This document shows, one piece after another, positions 29,142 through 40,040 of a stretch of 64,000 nucleotides of DNA. The notes beneath the pieces were generated by a model. It worked only from the letters and a program-made list of their open reading frames with translations, did no database searches and was not told the DNA's origin. This DNA is from Candidatus Latescibacterota bacterium (GTDB lineage: Bacteria; Latescibacterota; UBA2968; SICM01). How positions within the stretch are numbered: the first letter of the stretch is position 1; the number at the start of each line of letters is the position of its first letter. The translations under genes and the position numbers were made by a program. Location of the stretch: assembly GCA_965217865.1 (NCBI GenBank), contig CBDCJO010000002.1:992001-1056000 (forward strand), in the 5' to 3' direction.

Positions 29142-30113
29142 GTGATCGATCTTCTTGATTGTCTTTTCAGAACTGAAGCGCTTCAGATCGCGCCTGCTGA
29201 TAGCCCCTTCTGGTACACCTCGGGCACAATCGGACCCTATTATATCAACACGGAATATCTTTACGGGAATCGCGAGAAGGCTGATGAACTGCTTGCGTTG
29301 ATCGATCGGGAAAAGGATGATCCCGTGCGTTGCGTTTCTCTTGTATGGGATGGGGTCCGAAAGAATTATGAAGCCGAATCGATTTACCGAGATGTGATGG
29401 ACGGAATCGTCGCAACGGCCCGAGAGGAAATAGATCTGAACCGCTTCGACTATGTCTCGGGTGGCGAAAGGAGAGACTGGTTCTTCTCACTCATGGCCGG
29501 GATCCTTTTGAACCGGCCGACCCTGGCGATTTTCAAGGATCTGAACACGCTTTCCATCTCCACGGATGGTGAGGTCAGGTACGTCGACCGGCTGGACAAG
29601 AAACGGTGCCTTCACGTTGCAGACCTGGTGACCGAAGCCTCGAGTTATATGAGGGGATGGATTCCGGCCATCTGCGGGCGGGGGGGAGATTTGACTTGCG
29701 CGATCAACGTCGTAGACCGTGACCAGGGCGGCGAGGATGTCTTGAGGGGCCACGGGATCGAACCGCGTGCCTTGCTTAAGATCGATCCGTCCCTTTTCGA
29801 GACGATCCGGGAGCGCGGGCTCATCGATGACGGACAACTCACGGCGCTTCATGCGTACCACGCAGATCCCAGAGGAACGATGCGGGATTTCCTCAAGGGT
29901 CATCCGAATTTTCAGGCGAACTCCCTGGCATCGGGGGACGAGCGTGTTGCCACGCGGGCCCGGCTGATGGAAGAGACCGATCCGTATGAGATTATGGAAA
30001 TGAAAAATGGAAAATGGAAAGTGCAAATTGAAAAGCACCTCTTATTCCCACAATCGGGAATCCAGGAGGAGGACGAAAGAAAAAGTCTATTATTATCGCT
30101 TGGGGAGCAGTAG
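29142..30113 (+). CDS. Orotate phosphoribosyltransferase-like protein
   Basis: FWYTSGTIGPYYIN, PRPP loop VADLVTEASS, VVDRDQGG. Confidence 0.75.
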   Translation: MIDLLDCLFRTEALQIAPADSPFWYTSGTIGPYYINTEYLYGNREKADELLALIDREKDDPVRCVSLVWDGVRKNYEAESIYRDVMDGIVATAREEIDLNRFDYVSGGERRDWFFSLMAGILLNRPTLAIFKDLNTLSISTDGEVRYVDRLDKKRCLHVADLVTEASSYMRGWIPAICGRGGDLTCAINVVDRDQGGEDVLRGHGIEPRALLKIDPSLFETIRERGLIDDGQLTALHAYHADPRGTMRDFLKGHPNFQANSLASGDERVATRARLMEETDPYEIMEMKNGKWKVQIEKHLLFPQSGIQEEDERKSLLLSLGEQ

Positions 30114-30146
30114 ATTAGGAACAAAGAAGACGATCCCTGATTAAAC

Positions 30147-30230
30147 GCCGAAGTGGTGAAACTGGTAGACGCGCCGGACTCAAAATCCGGTGGCCGCGAG
30201 GCCGTGAGGGTTCGAGTCCCTCCTTCGGCA
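30147..30230 (+). tRNA. tRNA-Leu (CAA), CCA not encoded
   Basis: GCCGAAG/CTTCGGC acceptor stem, CTCAAAA loop, long variable arm, GGTTCGAGTCCC. Confidence 0.96.
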
Positions 30231-30734
30231 TTTAGAAAAATCAAGGACTTACGGATTTTTTCCTGTAAGTCCTTTTTTTAATTTTGAAGTGAGTCTCCAA
30301 AAAGTCTCCATCCAGGTTGACGTAAGACACTTTTTTTAGGTCGGAATCACAGAACGAGATATCGGTTTCTGGACTCCGTGCGTGACTAATTTATACTATT
30401 CTGATAAGCAGGCTTCGACTTTCTAATCCACACAAGATGAGCAATGGATAAGCTTTTGTATCTCGTTATGTTAAGAGAATCGCCTGTCAAGCAATATTTC
30501 CAAAAATGCTTGACAAATTCATATTTAACAACATATTAATTAAAAAATACTTGTTGACAATTTAGGACAATTAAGTTAATATTTAAGCCAAAATAGGAAT
30601 GGGCCGGTGCGTGAACACCGACCCATTGATCCCACACTGTCCTTTTGCGCACCACACGCTGTCGGAATATGCGGGTATTTGTATAAAATATACTCGGAAT
30701 TGTAGCGAATCCAATAAAAAAAGGAGATTCTTAA

Positions 30735-30963
30735 GTAAATCACCCCGCCCAAAGGGCGGGGCATTAACCACTCCCCTCCCCAAACAGATCCAACTGTAGG
30801 GGCCCTTTCTGCTCTTGAAGATGAAACCGAATATATCCTCTGATCACTTTAGAAGTTACCTTTTCGACTACGGTACGGACAAAACAGCCTTTTAGCTTAC
30901 CCTCAGCAAGCTAAACTTTTCCTCCCCTTCCAAAGGAAGGGGTATCCAAGTTCAAATACTTTC
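30735..30963 (-). mobile_element. 229-bp non-autonomous IS200/IS605-type element (PATE), copy 1
   Basis: Subterminal hairpins CCCCGCCC-AAA-GGGCGGGG and CCCCTTCC-AAA-GGAAGGGG; tnpA 3' remnant; followed by ATGAA. Confidence 0.9.
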
Positions 30964-31182
30964 ATGAAACGAAAAAAAATTCAGCCCCAGGACATTGATG
31001 CTCGATACCTCGATCGAATTGAGGCCGCGAAGTATTTGCGAACAACCCCAGGAGTAATTTCTGTCCTGGCCAGCCAGGGTCGACTCCCCGCAATTCGGCT
31101 GAGAGGGCCGAAAGGTGCCTGTCGAAAGCTGTTATTTGATCGTGAAGATCTTGATTGTTTGCTCCAGGGGGCGAAAAAGTGA
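30964..31182 (+). CDS. Excisionase-like HTH (HTH_17) protein
   Basis: YLDRIEAAKYL...GRLPAIR...LLFDREDLD. Confidence 0.8.
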   Translation: MKRKKIQPQDIDARYLDRIEAAKYLRTTPGVISVLASQGRLPAIRLRGPKGACRKLLFDREDLDCLLQGAKK

Positions 31183-31203
31183 CCAGCCAAAGGAGGTGGA
31201 TAC

Positions 31204-31548
31204 TTGAGTGATAAGTGCAATCCCAACTATCTTTTGAAGACCTATCCCCAATATAAATCGAAACGTTACGATGACGGAATTTGCTATATCCAAACTCGTT
31301 TTAAAGGTCCTGAGTTTGGGTCTCTCACCTTTGATGTATACGTCTATTCAGATACCTACCTTGCTGCTTGTGTGCCTCCTAGAACTGGCACAAGCCTCTT
31401 AAACAGATTCCCAGAAAAATTCAAGTTACACCAGGACGCTCAGGACGGTAAGATTTTGTTGTTCCGCGAAGAACAGAATCCAGACGATCCCTCCATAGCG
31501 GCCACAAAGCCGCCGAATTTTCAGCGATCTCTGCTCAACCTGTATTAG
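31204..31548 (+). CDS. Hypothetical phage/satellite protein
   Basis: AGGAGG RBS, in operon with the excisionase. Confidence 0.55.
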   Translation: MSDKCNPNYLLKTYPQYKSKRYDDGICYIQTRFKGPEFGSLTFDVYVYSDTYLAACVPPRTGTSLLNRFPEKFKLHQDAQDGKILLFREEQNPDDPSIAATKPPNFQRSLLNLY

Positions 31549-31598
31549 AACACGGATCTTAGTTTTTAGATCGAAATTTACACCCGGAAATGCAATCT

Positions 31599-31826
31599 AT
31601 GGAACCCTTGATTGATAAAAAACAAGCGGCCAAACTTCTGGAGGTGTCTGAGTCTTGGGTCAGCGGTGCGGTGGCTCGGTAAAAGATTCCGCATTTAAAG
31701 CTCCGACCCGGGAAGGGGGTGGTCCGATTTCGGGAGAGCGAGTTTGAGCAGTGGGCTGGAGAGCGGTTGGTTCCAGAGCGAGGGTTCTTCATCGACCAAG
31801 GAGGTAGGAATGACCGGCATAAATAA
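31599..31826 (+). pseudogene. Second excisionase-like HTH with internal TAA
   Basis: MEPLIDKKQAAKLLEVSESWV...AR*KIPHLKL...VVRFRESEFEQW; stop at 31680-31682. Confidence 0.75.
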
Positions 31827-32029
31827 CTTTACATGGTAACGAATCTGTTGATGATGCTGAACCGATGCTAGTTGAGTCTGCGCAACATGACCCGGATGAT
31901 TTTCCGGAAGAATGATTTCGAATTCTGTGGTGAAATAATCGATTGATTGGAGGGTCTTCCTTTCGGAGGCTAAGGGCGTGTTCTCTGTCACGCCACCCTC
32001 CACATATTCCCGCTGACAGAGAGGCGGAG

Positions 32030-32744
32030 ATGGCAAAAACAAGGTATAGAAATCAAAATCATGTTTACCATGAACGTGATATGTTTTCCTCGCCTGCGTA
32101 TCTGTCCTTGTCTGGTAAATCGATTCAAGTGCTGATGCTTTTCCACTGTAAGAAGCAAGTTGAATCTCCACCAAAAGGAACAAAGCCGGTGGATTGGCAC
32201 TGGCCAATTATAAATAACGGAAAGATAACGTTTACCTACGCTGAGGCTGATCAACTAGGAATATCTAACAGGCAGTTTGCTCACGCTATTAATCAGTTGC
32301 ATGATCGAGGCTTCATAAACGTGAAGCAACCTGGAGGTGGAGTCAATAAATCAGCATCCCTGTATGAGATTACCTTTCGCTGGAAACGATGGGGAAAGGA
32401 AGATTTTAAAGTAAATCACCCCGCCCAAAGGGCGGGGCATTAACCACTCCCCTCCCCAAACAGATCCAACTGTAGGGGCCCTTTCTGCTCTTGAAGATGA
32501 AACCGAATATATCCTCTGATCACTTTAGAAGTTACCTTTTCGACTACGGTACGGACAAAACAGCCTTTTAGCTTACCCTCAGCAAGCTAAACTTTTCCTC
32601 CCCTTCCAAAGGAAGGGGTATCCAAGTTCAAATACTTTCATGAAATTGAGACCAAAACCACGATTCCGAATCCCCGGAATGGGTTTTAAACCAGGACACT
32701 CACCTTACAAAAGAACGAGTGCGAATTTTCCCAAACATACATAA
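32030..32744 (+). pseudogene. Winged-helix replication-initiator-like protein interrupted by PATE copy 2
   Basis: AYLSLSGKS..NNGKITFTY..AINQLHDRGFI; removing the element restores ...WGKEDFK|MKLRPKP...GFKPG. Confidence 0.65.
32411..32639 (-). mobile_element. 229-bp PATE copy 2
   Basis: Same sequence as copy 1; followed by ATGAA. Confidence 0.9.
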
Positions 32745-32910
32745 AGGTGTGAGGTTCACATACATAAAGGTGTGTAATGGGGGTAATTGCATACATAAAG
32801 GTATGAGCTAAAAATTCTCTTAAAATTCGTGTATATCTTTTCTGTGTAGACGGATAAGAAATAAAGTTGGGCTTTATACTAATTCTGAAATCCTCATACG
32901 TTTATGTACG
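32736..32910. repeat. Iteron-like repeats (putative origin)
   Basis: CATACATAAAGGT(G/A)TG at 32736, 32759 and 32790; inverted degenerate copy at 32893-32910; AT-rich spacer. Confidence 0.7.
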
Positions 32911-33202
32911 GTATATATATAATCTACCATCATCTAACTGAAATGGGTAAGGCCATGCCAAGACGAACCTATCTGATAACAAGCGGTACGGTTCGCGCCT
33001 GAGCTTGGTCTATCGCGAATTTCAAGGACCTCTTTTAGGTTGCCCAAGAGATGGGGGTCCCACAGGGTGTGCCCGACGCGACTGGTTTTTGCTGAAGGCC
33101 GACAGCAGTTAAGATCCCAGGCTGCTATAATCACAGTAAATACACTAAACCTAACATAGTAACGTAAAGCTATATATCCCATTTCCATGTCCCTGTTTTG
33201 AG

Positions 33203-33964
33203 GTGCTACCAGCCATGCCAGACGAGGAACAAGGCCAAGAAACACGCGAGGAACGAGGCGCCCCAGACCAGGAGACCGAGCTTGTCCAGGTCCCGGGCTT
33301 GGACACGGAGGCCGGCCCGGCCGGGGTGCCGCTAAGGGCGAGAAAGTTCTGGAAATTGCTGTCCATGTCCCAGCGCCTGGCCTTGGAATATATCGAGGTC
33401 CACGGCCTGGCCTCGATCAAGGCCTTGGCCGAGGCTGTGGGCTTGAAGGAGCGCACTGTTCACTACTGGGCCAAGCCGAGGACGGACGGGGGCCTTGCCC
33501 GGGCCGAGGCCTGGAAAGAAGGCCTTGACGCGGCCCTGGCCTTGCGGGGGGAACTGCGGGCGATAATAAGGGAATATTGGATTGCCAGGGATGAGGAGCA
33601 AGTGAGGGAATTGCAACGGCTTTATAACAGCCTACCAGATGACTATATCGACAAGATTATCGATACTCCCAAAGTCCCAGTCCGAGGCCCTGATGGGAAA
33701 GTCACGTATCAACACGGGGCGATTGTGGACCCGACAACGGGAGGGGTCTTGGTGGCCAAGATGCCGGACGGGTCCGAGGTCCCCGTGACCAGCCTGGCGG
33801 TCCGTAAATCGAATGCAGCGGAGAAGGCAGCGCTATTGAAACAAGCCCGGGAGATGGTCCAGGGAAAGGACCCGGTGCGTGTCCGGGCCGGGGTCCACCT
33901 TGACGCGAGCCAAGGCAAGGCCGGGGTGATCCTGGAGCTTGACGGGGCCCCGGAATTCATTTGA
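33203..33964 (+). CDS. HTH-containing phage-type protein, possibly terminase small subunit-like
   Basis: SIKALAEAVGLKERTVHYW HTH, helical middle, beta-like C-terminus. Confidence 0.4.
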   Translation: MLPAMPDEEQGQETREERGAPDQETELVQVPGLDTEAGPAGVPLRARKFWKLLSMSQRLALEYIEVHGLASIKALAEAVGLKERTVHYWAKPRTDGGLARAEAWKEGLDAALALRGELRAIIREYWIARDEEQVRELQRLYNSLPDDYIDKIIDTPKVPVRGPDGKVTYQHGAIVDPTTGGVLVAKMPDGSEVPVTSLAVRKSNAAEKAALLKQAREMVQGKDPVRVRAGVHLDASQGKAGVILELDGAPEFI

Positions 33965-34573
33965 GGGAAAAAACCTACAATATTTGGAGCACTGTTTTTA
34001 ATCGTTCATTGGTTGTATTTGGGGAGTGGTATGTTTAGGATCAGTCTTATTCTGAATTGGAGGTGGATCATGGGACAGTTCGCCCTTGAGGCGCAGCCGA
34101 GCGGATGCAAGGCGGTGGTGCACCCCTGGGTTTGCGCCGTACCGGAAGCTGACAGTTAATGTGGGAGCCCCGCTCTTGGAAGTAGTCTGCAACATTGCAA
34201 ACGGCAGAAAGGAGAGCTTTGACATGAGGAGTCGCTGTGTTGGTTGTGCAGGTAGACTTGCCGTGGATTAAACTGCCACGCATGCGGAAGGCAGCGACAA
34301 CTCGGCTCCAGTTCTTTACCACCTCCGTGAGTCGCAGCGGGTGCTCAGCCGAGGCCACCTCACTTTGCCAGAGATCCCGAAATTGGACCCTAGCTGAATT
34401 GGTCATGTGATCGCGCGTGCCATCTGTTAACAGCACAGTTTGCGCTGCGGCGCTGCTCGCGCCTTGGCCTTCGGCAACGCCTCGTCAAGCTCGGCGTTCG
34501 CAAACCGGCGAAACTTTAACTGCAATGGCGGCACACGTGTTAAACACCACGTATCCCAGATTCGGAGATCTGA

Positions 34574-35168
34574 AATGTCGTTTACTACTCAGTTCGGTCC
34601 ATCTAGCGGTTCTTTGGTGATCGTCGGTGGAGGAATGAACCCAGAAATCACCGAACGATTCATCCAACTTGCAGGGGGACCAGAAGCCTCGATCGTGGTC
34701 ATCCCTACCGCAGAGACCGACGAAGAGATTCATATGACCCAGGATAAGGACGGTGTGCATCCTTTGAAAGCTGCCGGAGCTGACACCATTTCCATCCTAC
34801 ACACGAGGGACCGCGAAGTAGCTGACTCAGAGGAATTTGTGCTACCAATTCGTAAGGCTATGGGGATATGGTTTACAGGTGGGAGACACTGGCGACTGAC
34901 AGACGCATATCTCAATACTTTAGCACTCAAAGAGTTTCACGGGGTCCTACAGCGTGGTGGGGTGATTGGAGGATCCTCAGCGGGAGCCACCGTTCAAGGC
35001 TTGTATATGGTAAGAGGTGACACAAATGAGAATACAATTATGATGGGAGATCACGAGGAAGGCTTCGGTTTCATTCGCAACGTTACAATTGACCAGCATC
35101 TACTAACCCGAAATCGCCAGTTTGACCTAACAGAAGTTATAGAAGCGCATCCGGACCTGCTTGGATGA
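34574..35168 (+). pseudogene. Cyanophycinase (S51), 3'-truncated
   Basis: LVIVGGG, IPTA, WFTGG, GGSSAGA, IDQH; ends at HPDLLG against the IS3 remnant. Confidence 0.85.
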
Positions 35169-36088
35169 GCCCCGGTTGCGGCTTGCGTCGCCGACAGGCC
35201 ATCCGAAATGCCCGTAAGACCAGATCCGCCGTCATAAGACAGCCTGTGGACCAGCCTACGACTTTGCGAGCAAACAGATCCAACACCACGCACAGGTAAA
35301 GATATCCCCGTCGCGTGCGGATATAGGTGATATCCGATGCCCAGACCTTGTCCGGCTTATTCACCTGGAACTGCTGCTTCACCAGATCCCGGGACGCCAA
35401 ACCAATGCCACCTTTGGTCAGCACCCGGAACCGACGCTTCGGCTTTCCCTGGATGCCGCAGGCCCGCATCAGCCGCGCAACACGATTACGGCTGCACACA
35501 ATGCCTTCAGCCTTGAGACCCTGCGTTATCCGAGGACTGCCATACGCCCTCTTCCTGGAATGCTGATGCATTCCTCGAATGTGCTCAATCAGAGCACGAT
35601 CGCGCTTGCATCGACCACTTTCTGGCTCCTGGTGCCAGGCATAATAACCGCTTGGATCAACCTCCAGCACCCGGCACATCCGCCGTATCGGAAACTGACC
35701 CCGGTGCTCTTCGATAAAGGCGTATCTCATTGGGACCGGTTGGAGAAGTAGGCCAGCGCTTTTTTTAGGATGTCTCGCTCCTGCTCGACCTGGGAAAGCT
35801 TGCGCTTCAGATCGTAGACCTCCTGGTCTTCCGTTGTCCGCTTCCCGTGACCCGGAAACACATCATCCGGATGCTTCTGAAACTGCCCGATCCATCGATA
35901 CAACACGCCTTCTGGAATGTCCCATTCCAGGGAAACTGCCTTCACCTTCTCGCCGTCCACCAGTACCTTACGAACGGACTCCAACTTGAACTGACGATCG
36001 TACCTGCAACGACGTACCATAGAGGACACCTCCCTTAACTAATTTACTTCTCCCTTATCTGGGTGTCCACTAAATCGGGGCAAGATTA
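35165..36088 (-). mobile_element. IS3-family element, orfA complete (35727-36029), orfB truncated
   Basis: QERDILKKA with A7G slippery site; YGSPR, WASDITY, VLDLFARKVVGW; stops before HSDxGSQY; IRL-like end near 36088. Confidence 0.9.
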
Positions 36089-36160
36089 GCCGTCTCACGT
36101 CTCACATCTCACGGTTCACGTTTGACCGTTTTTCTCTCTGGCCTCTGACCCCTGACCTCC

Positions 36161-36720
36161 ATGCTCTTGACCCCCTCTTCAACCGAATTCCTCGACCTGG
36201 CCCGGACCACACTCAATCATCGACGCCAGCCCTTCCGATTCCGGGCGACCGGGACCAGCATGGAGCCCTTCATCCGGTCCGGAGACATCCTGGAACGACG
36301 CGGCAGGCGGGTCCGCCTCGACCGCGGAGCACAGCGTGCCATGCGCTGGCCGGGAGCGCGTATCCCGATCGGCAGGCGAATCTCCAGGACCCTGGGCGGA
36401 TGGGGCACTGCGATCCGCGAGCGGCTCGACCGGGACGGGGGGGACCTCCTGCGGGTCGTTTCACTCTGCGGACCGTCCGTCCGTGTGGACGGGCTTCTCC
36501 CCGAATCCGAACCCGAATGGGAAGACCTGGTCTCCGTCGCCGTAACCCGGGACCTGGCCCCGCTCCTCTATTTTCAATTCCAGCGTTCCGGGACGGAACT
36601 TCCGCTCGAAGTATCCCGGGCCCTTTCACGCGCCTACTATGGTTCCGCCGCGCGGTATGTCGTCATGATCAACGCCTTCGGAGAGGTCCTGAAAGCCATC
36701 ACCGACGCAGAGATCTTGCC
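36161..36720 (+). pseudogene. Joined fragments of an S24/S26 peptidase-like gene and a nucleotidyltransferase-family gene
   Basis: GTSMEPFIRSGD, then WEDLV..LAPLLY..AYY; internally deleted. Confidence 0.55.
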
Positions 36721-36737
36721 CAGCACCGGAGCCCGCG

Positions 36738-36900
36738 ATGACGAACGGCCGTTGCCGGATGCGCGGGGGAGCATCGCCCGGCGCACCGGTCGGTAACACG
36801 AACGCCTTCAAACACGGTCTTTTCACCGCCGCGGCGATCGCCGAGCGGCGGGAAGCGGCTGCGCTCATTCGTGAGATGAAGGGCCTTGTCGAGCAGGCCG
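36738..36900 (+). pseudogene. HGGxSTG-domain protein fragment
   Basis: NGRCRMRGGASPGAPVGNTNAFKHGL. Confidence 0.65.
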
Positions 36901-37846
36901 ACGGTCAAGACTGGACCAGCCTGTGCAGCCCGTGCGGTTTCTTTTCGCCCACTTCATACATTGGGGGGCAACTCCGGGGCCAGTTGCCGCGGCCGGGGGA
37001 AGGCAGAGTTGCGCAAGCGTAGGGCAAATCAGCCGGACCCTGAAAGGAGTTTTTCATGCCTCAAAGAATGTTGCGGCGGCGCGAAGTCGAAGCGTGAACC
37101 ACCTGTTCCCGGCGAAGGACCTGAAAGGCCGGAGGCTGCGCCAAGCTCCTACTCGCCAAGCCACGCCGGGTGCTGGTCAACCTGCCGACGGACGTCGAGG
37201 CCGTCTACCCCTGTTGCGACCTCGACGGGGAACGAGTACGCGCGAACCTGTCGTTACCCTGCCGATCCCTGCCGACGCGACGGCGAGGCGTGGGCACATC
37301 GCATGCCCGGGAATCGCTTTCCGTACCGCGTCGAGACGCTGACCGGCGACGGACGGACGGTGAAGGGGACCGATGATCCTTCCCAACGAGTTGGAGAGAG
37401 TGATCGGCCCGGTGACTTTTACGGCGCCAGCGACCTGCAGCCTGGGCGCGCGGTCTACACCCCATTCGAGGTAGTACCGCATGGGCTCGAACCGACTTGT
37501 GGTTGACAGATATATATCCGTGCACTATATTCGGTGTGTCACCCACGGGGCGGCGCAGGGATTGGCATGGCTGTGATTGCACACACGAGATAAAGAACCG
37601 GGAGGCGAGTGGACGGGCACGGCCTCCTGGACCCTGGCCCAAGCGGCGTGCGATCACATCGCCAAGTCCAAGACGTGGCCAGACAGTCCCCGGGGGTGCG
37701 GCGACGGTCCGCCTTGAGGGTCAGCACCTCATCCTGGAAATCCTGGTTGTTTTCCAGGTCGACAATTTCAAGATGAAGTGCCCTTGCGGCGTCGCGGCAG
37801 ATTCGACTGCCATGATGCTCATGTTTAGCAGGTGAACTCCACGGCT

Positions 37847-38878
37847 TCAGAACACGTAGCGCAAGGATATCCGAAGTCCCTGGCTCGACAGATTCGCTCT
37901 GGTTTCGGCAAGATCTATCTCCAGCGAGTCGCGACTTCCGTCGCGCCAGACAATCCGACCCATGGCCTTGCTGGTTTCGACGATGCCGGAATCCGTGTAA
38001 CGCCAGGCAAGACCAAGGATCATCCTCTTCCGTAGCGATGTCGACACTCCCGCGCTCAGCATCCAAGCGAAATTAACCCGTTCTCCGCGCGGAACGACGG
38101 TCGTCGTCTTCAGGAACGCCATCCGCGTTTCATTAATACCGATGTGGGACAGGCCGACGCCACCCCCGGTAAAGGGGCTGAAGGGACCGAGCCGGGGTAG
38201 GCCAAATTCGGCAAGGTCCAGGTAAGCAGCAAGCATGCCGGACAGGGAGGACAAATTCGCCGAAATCGCCTGCCTGTCCGTGGTCAAGGGTTGCACAAAA
38301 TTGGCGCGACCCTCGAATGAAAAGCCTGGACGATGCTGAAGCACTGCTTCCAGCCGCAGGGCAGGCACCACGACATAGCCAACCCCGAGATTGAAACCGG
38401 CCATTGGTCCGAAATCGCCGAGCGAGCTCAAAGGTGCGCCGTCCACGCCGGTCCCGCAGCCATAAAGCGCATTCGGAGAAGCGCTCGAACAGTCCTTATC
38501 TTTGAATCGCGTTTTTTCCGACCAGTCGAAAACAACCCCAGTCACCAAATAGAAACCTTCAGGCGACATGGTGTGCAGGCCCGTCTGCGCGAATGCCATG
38601 ACCGGAATGACAGCCGCTATAACAGCCGAGACGAGTGCTGTCCGAGGCCATAATGCACGAAAACCGATCATCGACTTGTGGCGCTTCGACGTTTTCAAGA
38701 TGTGTTTATTCCCTTGTACATATCCCATATTTACCAGCATATTGAGTTTTTTTGACATTCGGTTTTTTGCCCCTTCACAGAAACGAGCAGGGTGCTTCCT
38801 GGTGGTAGCAGAGGTATGTGGAAGTTCACCTCGTTTTCTGCCGTGCAGGATATTAGTCGCGTTCAAGGATTCCGGCAA
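37847..38878 (-). CDS. Opacity/OmpA-like outer-membrane beta-barrel protein (real start probably near 38670)
   Basis: Signal peptide, GVGY..LRLEA, PFTGGGVG, terminal Phe (LRYVF). Confidence 0.75.
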   Translation of the reverse strand: MPESLNATNILHGRKRGELPHTSATTRKHPARFCEGAKNRMSKKLNMLVNMGYVQGNKHILKTSKRHKSMIGFRALWPRTALVSAVIAAVIPVMAFAQTGLHTMSPEGFYLVTGVVFDWSEKTRFKDKDCSSASPNALYGCGTGVDGAPLSSLGDFGPMAGFNLGVGYVVVPALRLEAVLQHRPGFSFEGRANFVQPLTTDRQAISANLSSLSGMLAAYLDLAEFGLPRLGPFSPFTGGGVGLSHIGINETRMAFLKTTTVVPRGERVNFAWMLSAGVSTSLRKRMILGLAWRYTDSGIVETSKAMGRIVWRDGSRDSLEIDLAETRANLSSQGLRISLRYVF

Positions 38879-39149
38879 TCACATCGTCATATTGACAGCC
38901 TTTATCCAGGGCAGCGATCGCACGACTTGTCCATCCATTCGGAGAAGGCTTCTTCGATGATTGGATTCGGGTCAGCGACGAGTTTTTTGAATTCGGTCAA
39001 TTTATTAAGGTAAGGAGACTCGACGCAGGCGGAGATTTTCGGACTTGCAGTAGCCATGATCTCCTTCCAGCCTGGAACTGTCGATAAGATCGCGGTGCGC
39101 AGTCGGAGTTCGCCCCGCCGTGTGCGAGTCATTGTTTGAGAGCGCGTTC

Positions 39150-39620
39150 TCATAGAAAGTGTTCGTCCACTCCACGAAGCCAATCTCGTCGCTTTTCTGC
39201 CGACACGGTACTAAAGTGCGTCAACGCAATCTCATCGTCGAGATCCGGGGTGAACTGCAGGCTCCCGTCGTCGGGAAGAATCAGAAGTTCGCCCGAGTCG
39301 AACGCCGAGTGGCAGAAAGAGCACAGACAAATGCCGTTGGCGGGATTGGCCCGTTGCTCTGGATCGGTCGCATAACTGTGGACATGCGCCGCATCGAGCG
39401 CGGAACGCAGGCGAGTTCCGCAGACAACGCAGGTGTAGTTATGGCGGGCCAGAACTGTAGCTCGAAACGCTTGCATCCGTGGTCGCTTACGGGCGAGCGC
39501 CAATGAATCGCAGACTCGCCATTCAGTCTCATCCAGCATTGCCGTTTCCGGAGGTGCGGCGTTCAACGCGGCATCTAGCAGGCGCATGAACAGCTCTGGT
39601 CGAATGCCAGGCATTGACAT
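39150..39620 (-). pseudogene. HNH endonuclease C-terminal part
   Basis: FRATVL..CVVCG..DAAHV..NGICLCSFCHSAFD. Confidence 0.75.
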
Positions 39621-39928
39621 CGACCAGCCGACACTGTTCAGATCGTGGGGCAGGCCAACAGCTTGTCGGTTCCGTATGCCGGCTTTGGTACGGCTTGAGA
39701 GATCATAGATATCTTCCTGGAGCCGCTACATCAATATGTGGACCCCAATTCGACCCGCTGCCGGAGTTCCATCCGGCTACGCCCCTGGGGTTCGGGTTCT
39801 GGACATCTGGCGCCTCCACGATCTGGAGGGGAGATACCAAATCATAAGACACTTTACGTCAAAACAGAACACTACACGCTATTCTGAAATCGACCTCTAG
39901 ACCGCCCGCAGGCTCATAAGCTTGTCCG

Positions 39929-40040
39929 ATGGGGTGGACGCCTCCTCCCGACGGTATCGCAATGTGCCAAGGTGATGGTGTCTTTCACGACCTGAAGAAG
40001 GAGTCATCCGTGAAACAGGTTGGCATCATCGGTATCGATC
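39929..40040 (+). mobile_element. IS110/IS1111 left-end remnant with first ~10 codons
   Basis: GTGGACGCCTCC end motif, AAGGAG RBS, then (V)KQVGIIGID, abruptly cut. Confidence 0.55.

Noticed and set aside
30735-30963. 229-bp repeat as a stand-alone omegaRNA/HEARO or a CRISPR unit
   Set aside because: The end hairpin resembles IscB-element ends, but the interior reads as a tnpA 3' remnant on the minus strand; no IscB/TnpB in the window and the copies are dispersed
32736-32805. Three 16-bp repeats as a mini CRISPR array
   Set aside because: Periods of 23 and 31 nt leave only 7-15 nt between units, too short for spacers; iterons fit better
34068-34436. HEPN-like RxxxxH (RGSLIH) ORF
   Set aside because: Short motif in a fragment with no clear start; not enough support
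34468-34476. CCTTCGGCA as attR duplicate of the tRNA-Leu 3' end
   Set aside because: Only a 9-bp match, expected by chance
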